Below are positions 14,558-21,905 of a DNA stretch of 37,127 nucleotides, in pieces (positions within the stretch are counted from its first letter, which is position 1; every line of letters begins with the position of its first letter). Both the position numbers and the translations under genes were made by a program. Source of the DNA: a virus (lineage: Duplodnaviria; Caudoviricetes); the IMG/VR virus record IMGVR_UViG_3300032092_000112, positions 1 through 37,127 of that record; one strand, given 5' to 3'. Under the pieces are notes generated by a model, which had not been told where the DNA came from, ran no database searches, and saw nothing but the letters and a program-made list of their open reading frames with translations.

Positions 14558-17500
14558 TTATTTGAGGGTGGCGATGCGCGAATCCATCCAACGCCGGATA
14601 AGATTCTTCGTGCGTGGCTTGTTGCTAATAAACTCGGCGAACTGGGCGCCGTATTTGCAATAAAAGTCATGGAACCACTTTGGAGCGCGAGTGAACAACC
14701 AAGTGCGGAATTCCTTCCACTTTGGATTGCTGGCGCCGTAGACCTCGCGGGCAACCCAGCAGGGAAATGCTTTATTGAATGCCGCCGCGCCCAATGAACC
14801 ACCGGCGAGAGATCCAAAACCCTGCATAGCGCCACCGATAACCGCCGCGTTGGCCTGAGCCGTGGCAATGTTCGCAGCGTTGGTCGCCTGCTGGTTGCCG
14901 CCGTAGATGTTGTTGGCGTAAGACGACTCTGGGTTGAACAAAGCAGGGCCAGCGTTGCTGGTGAGGTTCATCCCTTGGTTGGTCGTGTTCTGCGCAAATT
15001 GACCGGCGGTGCTGCTGCGATTCAGAATTGCTGCGTACGGGTCAAACTGAGTCGCTTGGCGGAGACCTACCAACTGAGCAGCATAGGCGCGATCTGCACC
15101 AAGACCCTGATTGTAGAGTTGGCCGGCTTGGCCTAGGTTTTGAAGGTAATTTTGATTCTGCTGCGCTTGGAATGCACGGTTCGCTTCAGCCGCAGCGATG
15201 TTGGCCTGTTGATTGGCGGCCTGACCTTGAAAGTTGTAGCCGGCGTTGATTTGGGCGGCGCGGAGTGCAGCCTCTTGGTTTGCCATGCCTGCTCTTTGAG
15301 CGGCATCCCTGTTTGCTTGAGCGACGGCGCTCTGGTTTGATGCGTTGAACTGCTGACTCGCCGCATAGTTTTGTTGATTTGCCAGAGCTGCGCGGAGTGC
15401 GGCCTCTTGGTTTGCCATGCCTGCTCTTTGAGCGGCATCCCTGTTTGCTTGAGCGACAGCGCTCTGGTTCGATGCGTTGAACTGCTGACTTGCCGTATAG
15501 TTTTGTTGATTTGCGAGAGCTGCACGCATTGCGGCCTCTTGGTTTGCCAGCCCGCCTCTTTGCGCGGCATCCCTGTTTGCCTGATCGACGGCGCTCTGGT
15601 TCAAGGCGTTGAACTGCTGACTCGCCATATAGTTTTGTTGATTTGCGAGAGCTGCACGCATTGCGGCCTCTTGGTTTGCTAGCCCGCCTCTTTGCGCGGC
15701 ATCCCTGTTTGCCTGATCGACGGCGCTCTGATTTGAAGCATTAAATTGAGCACGCTGAAAATCGGTCTGTTGATTTGCCAAGTCCGCACGAAGCGCGGCC
15801 TCTTGGTTGAGTTGCGCTAGTGTGGTAGCGTTGCTGATATTGTATTGGCCGGTCTGCATGCCGGCCTGTTGGTTGGCCAGTTGGGCTTGCAGGTTCTGTT
15901 GAGCCGAGAACCTGTCTGCCTCAGTTCCAAATTGAGCGGTCTGCGTGGATGCAGATAGCCGTGCCTGTTGGTTGGCCAGTGCTGCGCGGAGTGCGGCCTC
16001 TTGGTTTGCTTGTTGCAACGACGCCTGCGTGCCGACGTTGAATTGCTGGGCTTGAAGCCCTGCCTGTTGGTTGGCCAAGGCAATTCGGTTTTCGGCGTCC
16101 TGATTTGCCAGGCCAGCCTGCAAACCGGTCTGGACGTTAAGCGTGCCGGTTTGGATCCCAGCCTGCTGGTTGGCGAGTTGTGCTCTGAGTAATGCGTCCT
16201 GATTTGCCTGCTGTGCCTCAAGGCTGGTCCGAGCGTTAAATTGGTCGGCGGTTAGACCCGCCTGTTGATTTGCAAGTTGCGATTGGAGACCACTTTGCTG
16301 ATTTAGTTGCTGAAACTGATTAGCCGCCGCTTGGTTTGCGAGCGCGACCTCGAGCGGGGTGCGGGTGTTGAATTGCGCGGCTTCGAATTGGTTGCGCACA
16401 TTCTGCTGCTGTATGCCCACATCGCCGGCTAGCACATTGCCAGCAAAACCACGATTTGCGGCCTGCTCGGCTTGCAACTGTTGATTAATTTGGCCGGCCA
16501 GCCCTAGGTTCTCAATTGCACGCGAGCGTTGGTTGACCAAACGATTTTGAACTTCGGCGCTGATGGCCTGCGGTGACATCGCCATGCCGCGGGCGGCGTA
16601 GGATGCACGCACCTGCTGCTCTGCTTGACGTTGCTCGGCTGCGCTGAGACTGCCATCCGCGGTGAGGTTGTTGAGCACGGCGCTCTCAAGTGCGCTTGAG
16701 ATCCTAGATGGGCCAGCGTTGAGCGCCTGACTGTAGAGGCTGCTTCCCAGCGTGCCCGGCTGAATAAGCCCAGCTTGGATCTGGTCGGGCGTGTAAATTT
16801 GCTGCGCGGTGATGTTCTGCGCGGCGACATCTCGGGCGCCAATATTCTGCGGCGCGTTGATGAGTGCGGCGCCCACGCGATCCGCACCAATTTGCCCCGG
16901 TGCGCCAACTCGGGCTGCGACCGCTTGCTGGGCTGCGACGGAACCTGGTGACATCATCTGCTGCGCTTGCACCTCGTCTGCGGTGACGGCACGACCACTT
17001 ACGCCCTGTCCGGTAACTGCGTCGTAGCCTAGGGTGCCCTGAGAGCCAATGCGCTCGGCGTTGATATCTCGAGCTGAGATGTTGTTGAATCCGGTGTTCT
17101 CTCGGCCTACTATTGATGCGTCGATATCTCGAGCTGAGATGTTGTTGAATCCGGTGTTCTCTCGGCCCACTATCGATGCCTCGATATCTCGAGCAGCAAT
17201 GTTATCAAATCCGGTGTTTTCGCGGCCCATTATCGAGGCGTCGATATCTCGAGCAGCAATGTTATCAAATCCGGTGTTTTCGCGAGCCAACTCAGCGGCA
17301 CCTATCGTCGGCGCGTTGATTTGATTTGGGGTCAGAAATTGAGCGTCTGCTGGGCGTTGGGACAACTCAGCATTTAGCCGGTCGAGGTTGGTATTGCTGC
17401 TGCGCCTGAGATCTTCAGCACGCAATAAATTTTCTCTCAGCTCAGGATTTAGCGCGTTGAATGCATTTTGGCCTTGTTGCCCGAGTGCAGATACGTCAGC

Positions 17501-17773
17501 CAAATCGGCGGTGCGTTGCTGGCGGTTGAGCTGTTCTTGCAGCGTCTGGAGCTGCGGGGCGGCTTCAGCATATTGTTGCATCAATCCCCGCTGCCCATCG
17601 ACGCCGAACATAGTTTGATCGGCTAGTTGCAACGCTAGCTTGTTGTACTGCGGTTGGAATTGAGCCTCAGAAGCATACAGTTCTGGCGCGAGCTTGATCT
17701 GATTGGCCAGCGTGTCGCGTGTCTCGGTTGCGTAGTCACGCTGCGGGGCATTTTGAATTGTGGTAGATCCCAT
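14558..17773 (-). CDS. Gln/Ala/Asn-rich DNA ejection (pilot/tube-like) protein with pentad and hendecad repeats and a C-terminal CWVAREVYG domain
   Basis: 1071 aa, located after the nozzle genes. N-terminal MGS, 11-residue xxLANQxAxLx repeats, Gly-rich hydrophobic segment, then a CFI-box-CTERM-like tail. Confidence 0.8.
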   Translation of the reverse strand: MGSTTIQNAPQRDYATETRDTLANQIKLAPELYASEAQFQPQYNKLALQLADQTMFGVDGQRGLMQQYAEAAPQLQTLQEQLNRQQRTADLADVSALGQQGQNAFNALNPELRENLLRAEDLRRSSNTNLDRLNAELSQRPADAQFLTPNQINAPTIGAAELARENTGFDNIAARDIDASIMGRENTGFDNIAARDIEASIVGRENTGFNNISARDIDASIVGRENTGFNNISARDINAERIGSQGTLGYDAVTGQGVSGRAVTADEVQAQQMMSPGSVAAQQAVAARVGAPGQIGADRVGAALINAPQNIGARDVAAQNITAQQIYTPDQIQAGLIQPGTLGSSLYSQALNAGPSRISSALESAVLNNLTADGSLSAAEQRQAEQQVRASYAARGMAMSPQAISAEVQNRLVNQRSRAIENLGLAGQINQQLQAEQAANRGFAGNVLAGDVGIQQQNVRNQFEAAQFNTRTPLEVALANQAAANQFQQLNQQSGLQSQLANQQAGLTADQFNARTSLEAQQANQDALLRAQLANQQAGIQTGTLNVQTGLQAGLANQDAENRIALANQQAGLQAQQFNVGTQASLQQANQEAALRAALANQQARLSASTQTAQFGTEADRFSAQQNLQAQLANQQAGMQTGQYNISNATTLAQLNQEAALRADLANQQTDFQRAQFNASNQSAVDQANRDAAQRGGLANQEAAMRAALANQQNYMASQQFNALNQSAVDQANRDAAQRGGLANQEAAMRAALANQQNYTASQQFNASNQSAVAQANRDAAQRAGMANQEAALRAALANQQNYAASQQFNASNQSAVAQANRDAAQRAGMANQEAALRAAQINAGYNFQGQAANQQANIAAAEANRAFQAQQNQNYLQNLGQAGQLYNQGLGADRAYAAQLVGLRQATQFDPYAAILNRSSTAGQFAQNTTNQGMNLTSNAGPALFNPESSYANNIYGGNQQATNAANIATAQANAAVIGGAMQGFGSLAGGSLGAAAFNKAFPCWVAREVYGASNPKWKEFRTWLFTRAPKWFHDFYCKYGAQFAEFISNKPRTKNLIRRWMDSRIATLK
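15255..15754. repeat. Tandem repeat of about 3.8 x 132 bp (44 aa = 4 hendecads)
   Basis: CCTCTTGGTTTGC recurs at 15271, 15403, 15535 and 15667; unit QFNASNQSAVxQANRDAAQRxGxANQEAAxRAALANQQNYxASQ. Confidence 0.95.
17045..17284. repeat. Tandem repeat of 4 x 60 bp (20 aa = 4 pentads)
   Basis: GATATCTCGAGC...AATCCGGTGTT recurs every 60 bp; unit RENTGFxNIxARDIxASIxG. Confidence 0.95.
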
Positions 17774-17777
17774 GTGA

Positions 17778-18203
17778 TTAGTCCTTTAAAGTTGTTAACC
17801 TGATGTATTTTGAAGTGATTTCGACGACCCCTTTTGGCCTGAGAGCAAAGACGTGATCAACGGATCCCGGCGGCCATTTTTTGAACATTTCGACGAAGAG
17901 TAACGTGAGGCCGCCGCGCCGAGTGGAAATGATGTCCAGCAGCAAAAGGATTTTGCCTTTGGGATTAGTGCTGCGCCAATCCCAATTGGACGAAATTTCC
18001 CCTACGTCGCACTGCATTGCGGTCCCGAGGGCCACAATCTCATCACGATGTTTGACGAGTGCGAGCGTATTCTGTTGCGAGTGAAAAGCCAGATATTGTC
18101 GGATGGATTCTCGGGGCCAGTTTTGAAAGCATTGCCGTCCGCGGTTGGCCAACGCAAAATCGGTGATGCGCTCGAGCCAATCGACTGGTGGGGCGACGAT
18201 CAT
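17778..18203 (-). CDS. Hypothetical virion-assembly protein (possible GNAT-like fold)
   Basis: 141-aa ORF between the nozzle and the first ejection gene, the slot of T7 gp13/P22 gp14. The fold is a guess. Confidence 0.5.
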   Translation of the reverse strand: MIVAPPVDWLERITDFALANRGRQCFQNWPRESIRQYLAFHSQQNTLALVKHRDEIVALGTAMQCDVGEISSNWDWRSTNPKGKILLLLDIISTRRGGLTLLFVEMFKKWPPGSVDHVFALRPKGVVEITSKYIRLTTLKD

Positions 18204-20005
18204 TCTTCGCTGATGACATTGCGCCCAGGTACGGTTGCGGAGACGCGCAGACCCCGAATGGTTGGCCGGCCAAAGACCGTGTCGAATTTCAGATCTAGGC
18301 CAAAGCCACGTTTGGCGATGGGGAACCTCTTCGTGAAATCTTCGTTGGCCGACGCCGAAAACGCGAAGACCTCCGAGCTGTTGTCTGGGTTTGTCGCCAC
18401 GGCGGTGATGGTCATGGCGTCGTTGCTGTTGCTCAGGATGTCCACCTCCCCCGAGGTAAATCGTTTTGCCGAAAAAGTGTTGAAGAAATATCGCCTGGTG
18501 AGGAGCTGGCCAGCGATCTGATGCTGGATGAATGCGTTGGTGATCTGCGACGGCAGTTGGAACGGAATTGTGGGAGTGCCGGTCGTGGATTGCAGCTCGT
18601 CGAAATTGAGTTCTTCGCTTAGGAAAATGCCGAACTCTTGGTTGATCGCGTACAACCTTTTCTTCTCACCGTAAAGTGCGACGACAAAGTTATCGACAAA
18701 CATGCCGGTGGGAAACTTGTCGATACTCTCCCACGCCTTGTTGAGCAGGGAATAAATCAGCACCACATTGTTTCGAGTCGATCCATCGATTGGGATGGCG
18801 AGGTAGTAGCGGTTGTCAAAAACTTTGCCCACGGCGTTGGCGACCGCGGTGGCGTTGATCCGACCGATGATGTCGTTGACCGGATCGGAGAGCGGCGTGG
18901 TGTTGCCGAGCAGCTTTAGATCAAGCGAAGGGTTGAGCAGGTACACTCCATTGTCGCTCAGAAAAAACATGTACTGGCCGGCGGCGACAATGGTACGGCG
19001 AGCGGAGCAGCCAAATTCGTTGGTCAGAGACTCAATGAAACTCAACGCACCAGGGGGCGATCCCGCGACGTAGGTGTTGGGATCGATGTAGGCGTAGTAG
19101 ATCGAATTCCGCTGGAAGATCAAAAACTTGTCCTCCTGCCACGGCTGAAATCCGACGATAAAATCGTTGGCGCCAAGGTTAATGACGAACTGAGCAAAGT
19201 CGGCGTCGAACGTGTTGTAGTCGAGATAGTCGCTCGCCGCAATGGTGTCTCGGGTCGTTTTGACGATGAGCCGGTTCTTAAAGTAGAGAGCGAAGTCGCT
19301 GGGGGGCATGTTAGCCGTGGCGCCAATAGTTACGCCCTGCGGAACTACCGTGACCGTCGAGGCACCATCCCAAACCAGAGCTGATTTTGCTTTTCGGCAA
19401 ACGATGGTGCCGTGCGCGGGAGTCGCAGGCGTGTTGGCCACCGTGTAGTCGAACGTGTTCGCGGTGACGTTACTGATCACGAACGATCCATTGTAGTCGC
19501 TCTGCGTGGCACCCGAGATGATGACCTCGTTGCCGTTGGAAAATCCGTGCGCGGTGATGGTGACAGTGGCGGTCGCGGACACCCGCGTGATGCTGGTGAC
19601 CGACACCGGATCGCTGCCTTGGCCGCGGAAGATGTACATCACGTTGTTCGCCTGAACGAGATCGACCTTGTCAGTCGAGGTGATGGTGCGCCCGGTCGGG
19701 TAGTTTATCGCGGCGCCAATCGTAAGCGTCGAGGTGTTGAAAACGAAGAGCGAGTTGGCCATCGCCAGCACGATCAACTCGACGCCGCTGGACGAAGAAT
19801 ACACTCCCGAGCCAAAGATTGTGAGGCCGACAATGTCGCCGGCGGTCAGGCGCTTTTGACCCTTGCGGGTGACGGCGATGCCAAGGTCCATGCGCATGTT
19901 TTGCGACATCTGAACGTATCCTGGCTCAAGCTGGAGCGGATTGATTCTGCTCTGCATTCCAAGAAATCCGTTCTCGGCCTCGACCATGTATTGGTTACTG
20001 GGCAT
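18200..20005 (-). CDS. Tail nozzle / tubular protein B-like stabilisation protein
   Basis: 601 aa, beta-rich; F.GM.SR..P, NMR.D.G....RKG, FGCSARRTI and FFLSDNGVY motifs typical of podovirus nozzle propellers. Confidence 0.8.
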   Translation of the reverse strand: MPSNQYMVEAENGFLGMQSRINPLQLEPGYVQMSQNMRMDLGIAVTRKGQKRLTAGDIVGLTIFGSGVYSSSSGVELIVLAMANSLFVFNTSTLTIGAAINYPTGRTITSTDKVDLVQANNVMYIFRGQGSDPVSVTSITRVSATATVTITAHGFSNGNEVIISGATQSDYNGSFVISNVTANTFDYTVANTPATPAHGTIVCRKAKSALVWDGASTVTVVPQGVTIGATANMPPSDFALYFKNRLIVKTTRDTIAASDYLDYNTFDADFAQFVINLGANDFIVGFQPWQEDKFLIFQRNSIYYAYIDPNTYVAGSPPGALSFIESLTNEFGCSARRTIVAAGQYMFFLSDNGVYLLNPSLDLKLLGNTTPLSDPVNDIIGRINATAVANAVGKVFDNRYYLAIPIDGSTRNNVVLIYSLLNKAWESIDKFPTGMFVDNFVVALYGEKKRLYAINQEFGIFLSEELNFDELQSTTGTPTIPFQLPSQITNAFIQHQIAGQLLTRRYFFNTFSAKRFTSGEVDILSNSNDAMTITAVATNPDNSSEVFAFSASANEDFTKRFPIAKRGFGLDLKFDTVFGRPTIRGLRVSATVPGRNVISEE

Positions 20006-20238
20006 TAGCGGTACCTCGCGGTTTTTTTGGCAATTGATTTTGGCTGAGAAACGAACTGTTTGCCAGCCTTCATGCCGGCTCTTTTAGCGGCGTTAGTGGC
20101 AGCAATCTCGGCCTTGGTAAGACCCTTGAACGCCATGTCAGGAAGATACCTTTCGCCGGTTTTAAGCGAGGGCTTGCCAGATGCGGTGCGCCAGTTTTGG
20201 CGACCCCAATCTGATAGACTGCGTTGCGGCGCCTTCAT
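20005..20238 (-). CDS. Small basic protein (C-terminal half of a DUF5872-like family)
   Basis: MKAPQRSLSDWGRQNWRTASGK...GERYLP...KQFVSQPK; ATG at 20238 in a TGATG overlap. Confidence 0.75.
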   Translation of the reverse strand: MKAPQRSLSDWGRQNWRTASGKPSLKTGERYLPDMAFKGLTKAEIAATNAAKRAGMKAGKQFVSQPKSIAKKTARYR

Positions 20239-20414
20239 CAGTTTTTGTAGCCGCCGCCAGCCTTCTTGTAGTTGTTGGCCAGCAGTTGGGCCTTGCGGGC
20301 TGACCACTGGCCTGGGTTGCCGCCCTTGGTGCCAGATTTGATGGCCTGGAACATACGTTTCCGCATGCCGGGTTTGGTGTAGTTGCCAGCAGAATTTACG
20401 GTCGATTTTTTCAT
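20238..20414 (-). CDS. Small basic protein (N-terminal half of a DUF5872-like family)
   Basis: MKKSTVNSAGNYTKP.MRK...KGGNPGQWSARKAQLLA..YKKAGGGYK; start revised to 20414. Confidence 0.75.
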   Translation of the reverse strand: MKKSTVNSAGNYTKPGMRKRMFQAIKSGTKGGNPGQWSARKAQLLANNYKKAGGGYKN

Positions 20415-20415
20415 T

Positions 20416-20658
20416 TTAGCAGGACCAAGCTTTGCGGCTCCAGTAGTTGGACGACAGTTTATTGGATGTGCCCTTGATGCCACCGGATCTGGCACAGTAG
20501 GAGGATTTCCGAGCTGGCTGGCTTTTCTTGATGCTCATGTTGGCATCGCCAAAGCGAATCACTTTGGACTTCCCGTAGGCGCAGGCCCGCACGACGGACT
20601 TTTTGCCGCCGCTTACATCGCGACGCGGACTGTTGCAGGGTAGGTTGCGCGGGTTCAT
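20416..20658 (-). CDS. Small basic conserved phage protein
   Basis: MNPRNLPCNSPRR...KVIRFGDANMSIKK.QPARKSSYCARS...NYWSRKAWSC; start revised to 20658. Confidence 0.75.
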   Translation of the reverse strand: MNPRNLPCNSPRRDVSGGKKSVVRACAYGKSKVIRFGDANMSIKKSQPARKSSYCARSGGIKGTSNKLSSNYWSRKAWSC

Positions 20659-20816
20659 GGCTCTTTTGTCGCCTCGCGGTGCCAGCGCCAAAGCAGAAAC
20701 GCGATGCCGAGCAGCGTGCCGATCAGCGCCGCCACGTCGTTGACCTGGCTGAGTGAGGTCCACGCGACGACCGGAGTCGCAGCGGTGGCAAGGTCTTTGG
20801 CTTGGGTCGGGTTCAT
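20655..20816 (-). CDS. Small membrane protein (holin/antiholin-like, 53 aa)
   Basis: Below cutoff. MNPTQAKDLATAATPVVAWTSLSQVNDVAALIGTLLGIAFLLWRWHREATKEP has one TM segment and ATGA overlaps at both ends. Confidence 0.7.
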   Translation of the reverse strand: MNPTQAKDLATAATPVVAWTSLSQVNDVAALIGTLLGIAFLLWRWHREATKEP

Positions 20817-21220
20817 TTTTTACGCATCTCCATGATCTTTTCCAACGTGCGGCCACCAAAGTAAAAGCTCATAATAAGCATCCCCCATTGACCAAGAAGG
20901 GAGACGTAAGACTCGTTTGCGTTGTGGCCAAACGCCGACATGAAGGCCAGCGTGCAGTAAAGCAGGAGGATCGCAACAAGCGTCATCGGGCGGACGTTTT
21001 TGGACATCCACGAGTCCGACGACATATCCGCTTTAAGCCGATCCGTCAGATTGTTCTGCTCGACCCGATATGCTTCGAGGTCGGCGTTCATCTTCGCCAG
21101 CTCGCCGGACTGCGCCAACTGAGCGAGTTCCAACTGCGCCTTCGCCTTCGCCTCGGGGTCAGGAATTAGTTTGTCGATCAGCTTCGTGCCGATCCCGAGA
21201 ACTTCAGCAAGGGGGAACAT
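20813..21220 (-). CDS. Holin of the 3TM (gene-transfer-agent-type) family
   Basis: KLIDKLIPDPEAKAKAQLEL, DM.SDSW.SKNVRP, two TM segments and FYFGGRTLEK. Confidence 0.85.
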   Translation of the reverse strand: MFPLAEVLGIGTKLIDKLIPDPEAKAKAQLELAQLAQSGELAKMNADLEAYRVEQNNLTDRLKADMSSDSWMSKNVRPMTLVAILLLYCTLAFMSAFGHNANESYVSLLGQWGMLIMSFYFGGRTLEKIMEMRKK

Positions 21221-21222
21221 TG

Positions 21223-21753
21223 TTAAACGGATTTAGGGTTGGTGAGACGACGAAACAGGAAATACGGCCACCAAATGATCTTTGGCACCTTGGTGAAAGT
21301 GACGTTGGTATTCTGCACAAACGGCTCCTCCGCATCCCAGAGCTTCACGCGAATCGGCGAGCCGTCTGGTGAGGTGCAGTCTAGGATGGACACGTTGCGC
21401 GTAGGAGCGCGGCCTTTGGTCCAATAGTTGTCGTATTGCCCAAGCTCAATCGTGCCGCTGATGCAGCAGCCGTAGATCGAAAGCCCGTCGATGGAGCCTT
21501 TAGCCGTAATCGACCCCTGAACGATGCAATGCTGGACGACATAATCGTTGCCGCGCACGAAATCAATCGAGTCCTCCCGCGAGGCTGGAATGGTAAGACC
21601 CGACACGCAGAGATTCGACACGTTCGATCCCTTCAAGAGATCGTCGTAGTTTTCGGGGTCAAGCGGAGCCTGCCACTCAACTGAGTCAACCGTGAGTCCA
21701 TCGTCCTGCGGCCCAACGTAGCTGCGCCAATTGGTGTCGGAGGTTCCGGCCAT
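21223..21753 (-). CDS. Short putative parallel beta-helix (pectin-lyase-like) protein
   Basis: DDLLK.SNVSNL.V.G, EDSIDFVRG..YVVQHC and NVSILDC repeats; amphipathic C-terminus IIWWPYFLFRR. Confidence 0.55.
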   Translation of the reverse strand: MAGTSDTNWRSYVGPQDDGLTVDSVEWQAPLDPENYDDLLKGSNVSNLCVSGLTIPASREDSIDFVRGNDYVVQHCIVQGSITAKGSIDGLSIYGCCISGTIELGQYDNYWTKGRAPTRNVSILDCTSPDGSPIRVKLWDAEEPFVQNTNVTFTKVPKIIWWPYFLFRRLTNPKSV

Positions 21754-21754
21754 G

Positions 21755-21904
21755 TTACTCGGCTTTCGGTTCCTTTGGCTTTAGAGCCTCGGCAATCTGT
21801 TCCGCGCACTTGCGTAGCAAATCGTGGTCGTCGGCCTTTAATGGGGCAAGGCGGCTGGCTGCGTAGAGGTTCTGAAGTGCTTGGAGTGCTTGTTCGGTGG
21901 TCAT
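21755..21904 (-). CDS. Small helical hypothetical protein (49 aa)
   Basis: Below cutoff. MTTEQALQALQNLYAASRLAPLKADDHDLLRKCAEQIAEALKPKEPKAE exactly fills the gap after the tail fibre. Confidence 0.7.
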   Translation of the reverse strand: MTTEQALQALQNLYAASRLAPLKADDHDLLRKCAEQIAEALKPKEPKAE

Positions 21905-21905
21905 G

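Noticed and set aside
17045-17284. 60-bp periodic repeats as a possible CRISPR array
   Set aside because: The units are contiguous with no unique spacers, are in frame within a CDS, and no cas genes are present.
20659-20859. Upstream extension of the 20416 ORF (and similar extensions at 20307, 20495 and 32272)
   Set aside because: These overlap better-supported genes in other frames. Internal ATGs directly at or next to the upstream stop codons give cleaner starts.
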